This document shows, piece by piece, positions 55,257 through 64,000 of a stretch of 64,000 nucleotides of DNA. Positions within the stretch are counted from its first letter, which is position 1. Each line of letters starts with the position of its first letter. The notes under the pieces are model-generated. The model was not told the DNA's origin. It ran no database searches and saw only the letters and a list, made by a program, of their open reading frames with translations. Both the position numbers and the translations under genes were made by a program. Origin of the DNA: Antedon mediterranea (Eukaryota; Animalia; Echinodermata); assembly GCF_964355755.1 (NCBI RefSeq), contig NC_092673.1, positions 16,611,548 through 16,675,547 of the forward strand, read 5' to 3'.

Positions 55257-58200
55257 TTAGAAAGTTATCGGAGCTGGTAACTGGATCGTCTGTTGGGTCA
55301 AACATGGTGCTGCAGTGATTACCTTTGGATTGTGTCTAAGATTGTTTTCGAGAATACGTCCGACCAATTGTACATACCAATCTTTCTCCGACCAATCTAT
55401 ACGCATATCCTTGCCAAAAATTACGTATCGTGCATCACCTCTACGGCGATACTTGCACGAATTGTCTGACGCAAGAAAACAAATGGGAACGCTACTTTGA
55501 CTCGGTTTTACCAATGTCACGCCCGGTATTTTTCCCATGAACGAAATCACTTTCATTACAGTTCTATCGCCTTCGGTTACATTGCCTTTGCGTACGACCA
55601 TAGGCGCAAAATATGTCGAGCCACATCTGTCGGTCAATTTTGCTGCTGCTTCTACTGTTGATACATCTTCATCATCGGTGGAATTGATGTAATGTCTTGC
55701 TTGATTAATCACTTCGTTGAAAGTAAACTCTCCGGTTCCGAATAACTGATGATAGGACGTATTACTTGGACTGTAATCGACAACAAATTGTATTTTGTAT
55801 TCATCATCATCCTCATTGCCACCATTATGCTCATTATCATCATCATGTTCATCACCGTAATAGTCATGATTGTACTCAGCTTCATCGTATATCTCTTCCT
55901 CCTCCACTTTATCCTCTTCATCTTCATCATGATGTAACGTATATAACGAATGCGACGTACGTTTTTTATTGAAAAGTTTCCGTTGTAAGTTTGCAACCTG
56001 TCGTTCTCGTTCGCTGTTTGCAGTTTCAACTTTACTAGTTAAAAATTTAACATCAGACTTCAAATGTGCAATCTGTCCATCTTTATATAGATTTTGGCGC
56101 TTTTCTTGCTCCAATGACGCTTCGATATCTTTCATTCTTTCATGTAACACATCAGATCCACCATCTCCTCCTCCTCCACCGCCTCCGTCGCTTTGATTCT
56201 TTATGAATTCAGACAGTTTCAGATACGATTCGGATACTTTTCGCTGCGAATGTTCCAATTCCTTTTCGAGACTTTCGATGCGCTTTTGTGCAGTCAAGCT
56301 GTGATTTTTTAAAATAATTACCTGAGCGGCAAGAGAGGATATTTCTGTATTCTTGTCGTCGGATAACCGATGTGTTTCAGCTAAACTTTTTTCCTTGGCA
56401 GTAAACTTCTCTTGAAGTTTAGCGTTTTGCGTACACAACGAGTCACGAGCTTTTCGCGCTTCTTCTAGATCACGTATTGTCGACTTCAATTCTGTTTTGT
56501 GATTGCTCGACGCGTTCGCTGCCGACGTCAACTGTCGCTGTATAGCAGTGCTGTGTTCTTTCGCGACACGTTTCATCTCTGCGTCGTGTTTTTGTCCTAG
56601 TTTAGTTACTTCAGATTTCAGTTGTTTTTCGAGTCGATCACGTTCCTCGTCACGTTCCCGCGTGTGCTGTTTCTCGGCCTGTGTCAACATGTCGAGCATC
56701 TTCTTTTCAGTCTCTTTCTTCGTGCTCTGTTTAGCTTCCGACACGTACTCGGCGTGTGTCTCGATTGACTTTTTCAGTCGCTCTTCTAAACGTTTTCGAG
56801 TGAAATTGTCCTCTGCAGCTTTGCTCGTCAACTCTCGAACCTGTCTTTCCAACAGGACACGATGTTGAGCTGCTTTGTCACGCTCCATCTTCACTTCTTC
56901 AACACGTTTCTTCCATTCATCTATTTTTTCGTCGCCATCTCGTTTCAGTTGCGCTACCTTCTGTTCGGTCTCGACAAGAGTTTGTTTCAAATCATCTAGA
57001 TTCTTTTCGTGTTGAACCGCATCTAGATTCTTTTCGTGTTGAACCGAGTTTTGCCTCTTGTCCTGTTCTTCAATCTCCCTTCTCATTTCGTCCAGCTTGA
57101 TGGTGAACGTCGTGTTTGCGTTCATCAGTTTATTGTTGAGTTGTTCTCTTTGCAGATGCGCCGAATCGGTGGTCTGTTGCAAGTCACGACCGAGTTTCTG
57201 TACGTTTTTCTTCTCGTTTTGCAGCTCATTGTTCAATTTTCTCAGATCGGTCAAATACGCCTGCTCTCGAGATTTTAACATGTTCTCTGCATCATGTTTT
57301 AACGAAGCAGAGTTTATTTTTTCGGCATCAAGTTGCGACGCCAAATCGTCAACATGTCGGCTCATCAACTGTTCATTTTTTTGTACGCTCGACTGATACA
57401 ATCTGCTCTTTTCTTCGTACGTTTGCAAATCAGTTTCCAACTGTTGAATTCGCTGCCTGTACGTTGTCTCCGAAAGCGTGTTGGCCGTGTCCAATCTTCT
57501 GTTCAGCACGCGCAATTCACCAACTTCGTTTGTGAGCGCTTCGATGCGACGACTCGTCTGCTCGTCAACGTGTTCTTTTGACGATATCAATTCGGATTGC
57601 TTGCGCTTCAAAATCAATTCATGTGCGCGTGCTTCGTCCGTCTTTTTGTTAAGCAAGGCTTTTAGAGTGTCTGACTCGTCGACATTTTGCATTTCGGTGT
57701 CGTGAAGTTGTTGCTTCATTTCGTCCACCAAACGTTTACTGTTTCGCAGTTCGCCTTCGGTCTTGTCCAGTTTCGTTTCCAACTCTTTAATTTTTGCGTC
57801 GCTCACTCGCGTCTTTTTTTCATTTTCTCTCGTCGACTCTGCATTCCTGGTGGCCATGGTCTTCTTGAACTCTTCGTGTTCTACTCGTTGAGTCTCGAGC
57901 GTGTTCAAAGCCGTCCGTCGTTCTTCTTCGGCTTTTGCCTTTGTCCATTGCATGACTTCAATCTGCGATTGGGATTCGGCATTAGAATCGGGCTGAGATG
58001 ATATCCAATCTTCAATATCGTAGAGTTTTACGTGCATTGTACTATTGTGAGCGTTCACATCGTCCGAGATTTCACGCAATCTTTGAACGGTGTCTTCGTC
58101 CAAGATGGGCAAATCGTCGTTTGTTGAAGGTAAGATGCTGTTGGCCGTGTTCACGTAAGGAGCGAGCAGTTGACCGATGCTAGGTAAATCATCATCACCG

Positions 58201-60326
58201 TCACCTTCTTTTTCTTCTTCTTCTTCTTCTTCTTCTTCTTCTTCGTGTACAATTGCGGTGTTCACCGGCATGCTTGCTATGGCAATAGATTCGAGCACAG
58301 AAATTGTATCATCGGTGTGTGTACGCGTTTCGGTGTTCATCACCGCCGGCGTCGTACCCGATTCGAGCACAGAAAGTGTGTCTTGGGTGGTGTTTGCCGG
58401 CATGCTTGCTATGTCAATAGATTCGAGCACAGAAATTGCATCATCGGTGTGAGTAGTAAGCGCGTCAGCAGTTTCGGTGTTCATCACCGCCGGCGTCGTA
58501 CCAGATTCAAGCACAGAAAGTAGTGTGTCTTGGGTGGTATTTGCCGGCATACCTTCCATGATGACCAGAGGTTCGAGAACAGAAAGCGTATCTGATGCGT
58601 TTGTAGTACGCGCCTCGTCGTCGTCGTCGTCAACAGTTTCGGTGTTCACCTGCTGCTGCACCACCGACATATTATCAGCAGATTCTGTGTTCATCACCGG
58701 CATACGAGATTCAGAATCGGTAGTAGTGATGTTGGCGGCACGTTCACGCGCTTTAGCCTCCAAACTTAGCAGATGTTGGTAACTGAGTTGCGTTATTTCG
58801 AACCGACTTTGTTCGACCATTGCCATGCCTTCGGTGGCCGTGTCGAGTGAAATCTTGCGCGTTGATTCAGGAGATCTAACCGGTATATTGCAAAGAGCGT
58901 TGAGTAGAATAGCACATACGTTCGCCTCGTAATGGCAACAGTCTCTCCATGGCATGTCATCTTGTGCAGTGGGCGTTCCGAACGGAGGTCGTTCACATTG
59001 AAACGGTTTAAGTTCGTCGATCGTTCCAGTAACGAGTGCATGATCTCTTAGACGAATCTTGAGAAATTCGTGTTTTTTAATGTACGACACGAGCGCACCA
59101 AACAAATGGTCAAAGTCAATGTCCAAAGCATTTCTTTCGTATGGCGCAAAGTCCTCTTGTATCTTTTTTGCCAACTTTCTGATCCATTCGACGGTGGGAC
59201 GTTCCGCCGAGTCAACGGTCAACCACGGAGCATGTGCCGCGTTCCATTTACTCTCAGCTGCCGTGATTTCCGCGTCGATTCTTTCAAAGTTCCAACTGTT
59301 TGTGATCTCTTCACTCTGTCCCAACACGAGATTCCACATGTCGGCTCTGGCGAGCAGTGTAGCATCGCCGATGTGATGAACTATGCGATGTAGTACGAGG
59401 CAAGCGAAAATCATGTACAGATTCGGTCTTTTGTCGAACAGCGCGCACACGTATTTCATCAATCGAAACGTGGTTCCGATTTCCACGTTTTGAATGTGCG
59501 TACACGCTTTCAACAATCTCTCGAAATCATCTTTACTTAATCCGGTTTCGTTGAAGAGAGCATCACGATCGCTGGAATTGTTACCTTGCGTAGATGTGTA
59601 GTGTTTCAGAAAAAAATCTTTCATTGTCAGTCTATTGCCGGCCTGAAACTTTCCCAGCTGTAGAAACGATTTCTCTTTTCCTGCGCCGCCACCGCCTATT
59701 ACAGGCGACTGTGAATGTATACCTGGAACGGCAGTCATTGTTTTGAGATGTTTTGCAAAGTGTATCTTTTGTTGTATTAGATTACCGTCTTTGATGACGA
59801 TTGAGACCCGAACTTGTTTCGAATTTAGAAAGCTACCGCCGAGAAACAAACTGTCGCACAATTTACGCGTTCTCTCTTTCATGTCAGCATGTTTGTTGAT
59901 TTCTGTGATGATTTCAATCATTTTGATTATTTCACACAGACTTTCGTACAAGCTTTTAAGATTCTTTGCGTCGACAACAACTATGCGACCAGAAACGAAC
60001 GCGTTTGAAAACTGTTTTGAAAAGCCGTCCATTCGAAGTAGCTGCGCTTTTAGACCCAGCATGGATCCATCTGGAGGGTAGCCGGATCTGTAAGCAGTCG
60101 ATACCATTCTCATGAGCGTCGTTGTTGTGAGCGTCGGGTCTGCGAGTTCGTCGAGAACTCGTCCAAGATACGGCGTCATTTTTTTCGACTGTTTGCCAAC
60201 CTCTTTATTATCGTCCCGTCCTTTTCTCTTTGTCGGCCTCTGTCTAACAGCCGTCGTGTCCATCAACGTTTCGGTCTGTGATGATGTATACATGATGATG
60301 ATGATGATTGTCTTCGAATTTACCAT
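55257..60326 (-). CDS. Large coiled-coil protein (large-tegument-like), 1689 aa
   Basis: Globular N-terminal region, SVLES...MNTET internal repeats (about 58260-58700), a long heptad region, acidic linker and globular C-terminus; nested in terminase intron 1. Confidence 0.85.
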   Translation of the reverse strand: MVNSKTIIIIIMYTSSQTETLMDTTAVRQRPTKRKGRDDNKEVGKQSKKMTPYLGRVLDELADPTLTTTTLMRMVSTAYRSGYPPDGSMLGLKAQLLRMDGFSKQFSNAFVSGRIVVVDAKNLKSLYESLCEIIKMIEIITEINKHADMKERTRKLCDSLFLGGSFLNSKQVRVSIVIKDGNLIQQKIHFAKHLKTMTAVPGIHSQSPVIGGGGAGKEKSFLQLGKFQAGNRLTMKDFFLKHYTSTQGNNSSDRDALFNETGLSKDDFERLLKACTHIQNVEIGTTFRLMKYVCALFDKRPNLYMIFACLVLHRIVHHIGDATLLARADMWNLVLGQSEEITNSWNFERIDAEITAAESKWNAAHAPWLTVDSAERPTVEWIRKLAKKIQEDFAPYERNALDIDFDHLFGALVSYIKKHEFLKIRLRDHALVTGTIDELKPFQCERPPFGTPTAQDDMPWRDCCHYEANVCAILLNALCNIPVRSPESTRKISLDTATEGMAMVEQSRFEITQLSYQHLLSLEAKARERAANITTTDSESRMPVMNTESADNMSVVQQQVNTETVDDDDDEARTTNASDTLSVLEPLVIMEGMPANTTQDTLLSVLESGTTPAVMNTETADALTTHTDDAISVLESIDIASMPANTTQDTLSVLESGTTPAVMNTETRTHTDDTISVLESIAIASMPVNTAIVHEEEEEEEEEEEKEGDGDDDLPSIGQLLAPYVNTANSILPSTNDDLPILDEDTVQRLREISDDVNAHNSTMHVKLYDIEDWISSQPDSNAESQSQIEVMQWTKAKAEEERRTALNTLETQRVEHEEFKKTMATRNAESTRENEKKTRVSDAKIKELETKLDKTEGELRNSKRLVDEMKQQLHDTEMQNVDESDTLKALLNKKTDEARAHELILKRKQSELISSKEHVDEQTSRRIEALTNEVGELRVLNRRLDTANTLSETTYRQRIQQLETDLQTYEEKSRLYQSSVQKNEQLMSRHVDDLASQLDAEKINSASLKHDAENMLKSREQAYLTDLRKLNNELQNEKKNVQKLGRDLQQTTDSAHLQREQLNNKLMNANTTFTIKLDEMRREIEEQDKRQNSVQHEKNLDAVQHEKNLDDLKQTLVETEQKVAQLKRDGDEKIDEWKKRVEEVKMERDKAAQHRVLLERQVRELTSKAAEDNFTRKRLEERLKKSIETHAEYVSEAKQSTKKETEKKMLDMLTQAEKQHTRERDEERDRLEKQLKSEVTKLGQKHDAEMKRVAKEHSTAIQRQLTSAANASSNHKTELKSTIRDLEEARKARDSLCTQNAKLQEKFTAKEKSLAETHRLSDDKNTEISSLAAQVIILKNHSLTAQKRIESLEKELEHSQRKVSESYLKLSEFIKNQSDGGGGGGGDGGSDVLHERMKDIEASLEQEKRQNLYKDGQIAHLKSDVKFLTSKVETANSERERQVANLQRKLFNKKRTSHSLYTLHHDEDEEDKVEEEEIYDEAEYNHDYYGDEHDDDNEHNGGNEDDDEYKIQFVVDYSPSNTSYHQLFGTGEFTFNEVINQARHYINSTDDEDVSTVEAAAKLTDRCGSTYFAPMVVRKGNVTEGDRTVMKVISFMGKIPGVTLVKPSQSSVPICFLASDNSCKYRRRGDARYVIFGKDMRIDWSEKDWYVQLVGRILENNLRHNPKVITAAPCLTQQTIQLPAPITF

Positions 60327-60333
60327 TATGTCA

Positions 60334-60540
60334 TTAATGACATGTTGCGCATATACGTACGTCGTGTGAAGAAGAAGAAGAAGAAGAAGAAGAACGAGAA
60401 AATGTCATGGCGTCGATCGGCCGATGAACTAATTCAACGTAATTTCTGGTACATGACCACATCAACTGTAAATTCATCATCATCAACACCACCACCAACA
60501 ACAACAACAACAACAACGACACAATCATCATCATCATCAA
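60334..60540 (-). CDS. Possible small membrane or secreted protein, 68 aa
   Basis: Fills the gap between two minus-strand genes; hydrophobic N-terminus, but largely encoded by microsatellites. Confidence 0.3.
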   Translation of the reverse strand: MMMMMIVSLLLLLLLVVVLMMMNLQLMWSCTRNYVELVHRPIDAMTFSRSSSSSSSSSHDVRICATCH

Positions 60541-60597
60541 AATCGTTGTTGAAGAAAGAAAACGTAATCAAGAAGAAAAAACACAAACGAAAACGTA

Positions 60598-61494
60598 CTA
60601 AGATTCTCGATTTAATTTTGCCAAATGATAACGACAAATCTTTTCATTCGCCATGCTCTGTAACAACCTCGAGCACGCTGTCAGTTGAGAGGTCGACACC
60701 TGAAATATCGGAAACATCAACCGATCACCTGGCATGGGTTTCAGTTGAGGAAAGCGTGGTTTTAGAATGACGCTTTCCGCCGAACGAATACCATTCAACG
60801 TGCTCTTTAGTAAGTACACGACCGTTTCGTGACCGTTGCTGAGTAGAAAGTCTTTCTTGGAATATTGTAACGTCGAGTAGTACATAAACACCGACATAAC
60901 GTCGAAAATAAAGTCTACCACGTCGTCCAGCATGTTTTCCTCTGGAAGCGCTGTATCCGGTAATCTGTTTGCTGATACGTATTTTAGAAAGGTGTATCTG
61001 ATTACGGACACGATGTTCTGTTTGCCCATGTTCTCCAAAATCATTTCACAGGCCTTGTGTTCAAAGAAATTTACGTTGTTGTACTTGCATCGTTTCTTTC
61101 GATCGTACAATCGTTCCAGAACCTGACGTACGGTTGTGCCGAAACGAAACATTTTATCGTGTTTATTTCGCGTCGTTGTCATCTTTCTAACCTCTTGCAT
61201 GTTGTCGTATAGCGGCGTATCGAGTCCAACGACAATCGGTTCATATTCGTCTGTATAGAATTCTTTACCAGTCAATGCGCATCTTCGAGTGTTGTGATCT
61301 AAATTTTCCATGACGCAGTCTGCCGACAATGAACAGGTGTGCGTGCGTAGCGACGACATGCACACGAAATTCTCACCGTCTTGCATGGGTTGCACGAACG
61401 TACATCTATTCGGTACACATTCGTGAAGTTCGTCCACGTGATATATGTCGAAACGATTTGCTTGTAGATACGCGTTCAGAGCAGCTGTTGTCAT
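60598..61494 (-). CDS. UL92/ORF31- or VLTF2-like late transcription factor candidate, 298 aa
   Basis: HEC...C...FVCMSSLRTHTCSLSADC...RRCALTG matches the C-x5-H-x-C-x5-C-xn-CxxTG zinc signature. Confidence 0.75.
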   Translation of the reverse strand: MTTAALNAYLQANRFDIYHVDELHECVPNRCTFVQPMQDGENFVCMSSLRTHTCSLSADCVMENLDHNTRRCALTGKEFYTDEYEPIVVGLDTPLYDNMQEVRKMTTTRNKHDKMFRFGTTVRQVLERLYDRKKRCKYNNVNFFEHKACEMILENMGKQNIVSVIRYTFLKYVSANRLPDTALPEENMLDDVVDFIFDVMSVFMYYSTLQYSKKDFLLSNGHETVVYLLKSTLNGIRSAESVILKPRFPQLKPMPGDRLMFPIFQVSTSQLTACSRLLQSMANEKICRYHLAKLNRES

Positions 61495-61512
61495 CTTTAT
61501 TTTTGTTTTCAG

Positions 61513-62079
61513 GCTTCAAGAGGAACCGGTTGTGATATGGGATGGATGGACGAGTATCCGTGGATAAAGCAAACGGCTATGCTATCAACTCTGCCAATCT
61601 TTCAACCTAAGAACGTGTCGGTTCTTTTAACATCGTCGATGACTTCGAGTGATCACTGGTCGCAAGAGTTTGTGAATATTAAACACGATGGACGTGCACT
61701 GGTTAAATACATTACTCAGTCGTACCTGTGCGATGCGTGCTTCGAGAAAGGAACGCGAACAGTGTGCGCTCACAGGCGACATTTGGTACCGGAACACATT
61801 GATGGAAACGACGGTAATGTCGTTCAGCAGATGATGAACCTCATAGCCACCGGAAGCTATGAACTAGAGTGTATGGGCATTCCCGTCTGTTCACCGTCTT
61901 CACTCGCCGAGCGACTTTTTTCCGGTAAATTGCTAACCAAACTGTTTTCAGACGAAAGAAGATCCACCACAAGATCTGGCTTCTCATCGGGTCTGTTGAT
62001 TGGCGTCGATCCAACTCCGTCGGACGTGTCCGGCATTGGATTGGTTGCCGGTGTGTTAACGACGTCGGACGTTAGGCAG
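61513..62079 (+). CDS. Terminase exon 2
   Basis: TTTTCAG|ASRGTGCDMGWMDE (Walker B); VLLTSS coupling motif; YLCDAC...CAH; nuclease Asp in LLIGVDP...SGIGLV; ends VRQ|GTAAGT in phase 0. Confidence 0.92.
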
Positions 62080-62750
62080 GTAAGTCGAACGGATGGTATT
62101 TTGCACGCGGCGCCTCTGCTCTCCATAATTCTTCGAAGCGCGTACGTAGCGTGCCCTGGGAGCCCGGCCCGAATCGTAGACAGACCACCACAACAACTGG
62201 TATTCTGTACTCGATTTCGAATCGTTGCAACGGCCACGGCCAACGGTGATCCGCATCCGACGGAATGCCACATTGGTTGATCGTACGTGTTGGTCAACAG
62301 CTGTACGATGATATTGCGAATGCTATCTATTATCCAATGTTTATCGGTTGGCGTTGATGCTCTGTACTCACGTTCTACATCTGGTAAAAATGTCAAATTG
62401 AACATTTCTATTGCCTGTAAGAGAAACGTGTTCAATTGCGATATCTCTCGTTGTCGACCCAATTCAAATTGCGTGGCGGCCATCATTGCCGTTCTTGTGT
62501 AAGCCAGAATCGATTGTTTTTGTCGTTGTTCGACCATATCTTGTACGGTTGCATCATTCATTTCCACCAACAACACTGTCTCTCTACCACACGTTCTCAC
62601 AATCTTTTCGACAATAGGTAATGCGGATGCGTTAATCTCGTCCGTTATAGCCGCCTTGTCTATAGCGCTCTTCCATTCGAAAAACATTCTTTGTCGTTCT
62701 TGTAGAAATTCCAGATTGCAATACACGGGATGAAATGCATTCGTCAACAT
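61857..62750 (-). CDS. 297-aa protein antisense to terminase intron 2 and overlapping exon 2
   Basis: ATG at 62750; spans the intron and 223 nt of exon 2; contains GSPLAVAVATI. Confidence 0.7.
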   Translation of the reverse strand: MLTNAFHPVYCNLEFLQERQRMFFEWKSAIDKAAITDEINASALPIVEKIVRTCGRETVLLVEMNDATVQDMVEQRQKQSILAYTRTAMMAATQFELGRQREISQLNTFLLQAIEMFNLTFLPDVEREYRASTPTDKHWIIDSIRNIIVQLLTNTYDQPMWHSVGCGSPLAVAVATIRNRVQNTSCCGGLSTIRAGLPGHATYALRRIMESRGAACKIPSVRLTCLTSDVVNTPATNPMPDTSDGVGSTPINRPDEKPDLVVDLLSSENSLVSNLPEKSRSASEDGEQTGMPIHSSS

Positions 62751-62786
62751 TACGCTACCAATTGATTCTCTTTTTCCTTTTCTTTT

Positions 62787-62846
<60 letters not shown>

Positions 62847-62955
62847 ATACAGTTTCTCTCTCTCACTCTCTCTCTCTCTCCCTACTATACGTTGAGACGA
62901 ACAAAAGAAAAGAAAAGCATTTATTAATCGTAATAACCTTTATTTTACTACGCAG

Positions 62956-63489
62956 ATACTTGCTTTGAAACACCACGTTGCACATATGGATCGTATGGAT
63001 TCTTTACTGGACATGCACGCCCAACTAATAATAGACACGGTGAACAGGACCTTGGCTACGTACAATCAGTTGACATTCATGCCAGTTCGTGTGTACGTAG
63101 AACGTAATACATCGCACGCACACGCCGCTCGCATGGCCAAGCAAGTAACGGATCGTTTTGCCGGTACGTCAGTAGACATATCTTTCGAAAAGGAGAGACG
63201 TCGAACGGACGGGCGTAGGTGTGTCGGAATTTGGACAAGAGACAAAGGAAATCTGGTACATTTGTCACAAATGTTGCTGGAGAACGATCGAGTCGTGTTT
63301 GCACAAGACATCGATGACGGACAGATGAGCATTTTACAGGATCAACTGTGTAACTTCAGAAGACTCGTAAAATCCGACGGTAAAATCACGATAAGTGGAA
63401 AGACGGCTGGTGTTCGTGATGATCTTGCCATGACGTTTATTCTGTGGTTGGCGTGGACTTGCTTTCTTTCTAATAAAGTTTATCAATAA
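62956..63489 (+). CDS. Terminase exon 3 (RNase H-like nuclease)
   Basis: TACGCAG|ILALKHH; VRVYVERNTS; ISGKTAGVRDDLAMTFIL; stop within AATAAA. Confidence 0.92.
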   Translation: MLALKHHVAHMDRMDSLLDMHAQLIIDTVNRTLATYNQLTFMPVRVYVERNTSHAHAARMAKQVTDRFAGTSVDISFEKERRRTDGRRCVGIWTRDKGNLVHLSQMLLENDRVVFAQDIDDGQMSILQDQLCNFRRLVKSDGKITISGKTAGVRDDLAMTFILWLAWTCFLSNKVYQ

Positions 63490-63575
63490 AAAAAAAAAAA
63501 AAAAAAAAAAACAGTTTCAACTTCCTTTCTTTTGTCTACTTCTCGAGTCTATTTGCTTTTAAAATCGATACATGT

Positions 63576-64000
63576 CTATGTTCGATATTTCAAGAAGCCG
63601 ATTCCAGCCACAAACACAATTATCATCATCTTAATCATCAATTTCGATCGTACTCGTCGTGCTGAGGAGAAGGACGACGAGGAGGAGGAGGTGGAGGACG
63701 TTCGTCGTTCGCGCACATTTACTGCAACAAACAGCTCAATACCTTTCTCCGTTAATCTTGGTGCAATAATCAACTTTTGAAAGTTGACGCCAAACTTTTT
63801 ACGTAACTTTGAGATTATGGCTGGTAACCAGAAAGAAGTGTGAACATAGAATTTATAATGTATAGTTTCTGGCGTTTCGTACGTACACTCGGCCATCTCT
63901 AATTCTTTAGTACCGTTCACACCCATCACCGCCTCCTCTTCCTCCTCCTCCTCCTCCTCATCGTCGTCATCGTCTTCTTCTTCTTCTTCTTCTTCTTCTT
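63576..64000 (-). CDS. 3' part of a tail-anchored membrane protein that starts beyond the window
   Basis: Frame open from the window edge through an acidic run to the C-terminal TM LMIKMMIIVFVAGIGFL and tail KYRT. Confidence 0.65.
   Translation of the reverse strand, partial: EEEEEEEEDDDDDEEEEEEEEEAVMGVNGTKELEMAECTYETPETIHYKFYVHTSFWLPAIISKLRKKFGVNFQKLIIAPRLTEKGIELFVAVNVRERRTSSTSSSSSSFSSARRVRSKLMIKMMIIVFVAGIGFLKYRT

Larger units (their letters stand above)
1..64000. mobile_element. Segment of an endogenous (host-integrated) herpesvirus-like large dsDNA virus
   Basis: Spliced herpes-type terminase; densely packed, abutting or overlapping CpG-rich ORFs; UL92-like gene; viral-style apoptosis and ubiquitin modulators. 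Interrupted by AT-rich eukaryotic transposons. No element ends are visible in the window. Confidence 0.85.

Noticed and set aside
55257-60326. Host myosin or SMC gene
   Set aside because: Intronless, no motor or Walker motifs seen, and nested in the viral terminase intron.
62080-62280. C-terminal extension of ORF 61537-62280
   Set aside because: It lies after the GTAAGT donor and is the antisense shadow of 61857-62750.
63576-64000. UL34-like nuclear egress protein
   Set aside because: Only the tail-anchored topology fits; the gene is truncated by the window and no sequence motif supports the call.

Overview
This window looks like about 64 kb of a large herpesvirus-like (Duplodnaviria) genome integrated in an AT-rich animal genome. 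The host is probably a marine invertebrate; frequent TAGGCCTA in the host-type DNA hints at an echinoderm, which is inference only. The key evidence is a packaging terminase that only appears after splicing three exons (50878-51573, 61513-62079, 62956-63489; 598 aa). Its 9.9-kb and 0.9-kb introns contain nested genes: an ESCRT-III/Snf7-like gene, a UL92/VLTF2-like zinc protein, a UL49-like CxxC protein and a 1689-aa coiled-coil protein. The accessory regions hold host-derived genes: vFLIP-like tandem DED (plus a pseudogene), Bcl-2-like, death-domain, CD225/dispanin (two copies), F-box, Kelch-like, EGF-like and multi-LamG. Two of these keep their ancestral animal introns. A 5.7-kb higher-order satellite of 38 units carries a perfect heat-shock element in 18 of its 19 A-type units. 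Host transposons have inserted secondarily: a decayed Chapaev element with a RAG1-type N-terminus, a MULE-type MITE, other TIR elements and a Penelope-type hammerhead. About 8 kb of this material sits inside the intron of an otherwise intact membrane-protein gene. All family assignments come from reading motifs by eye; no database search was run.
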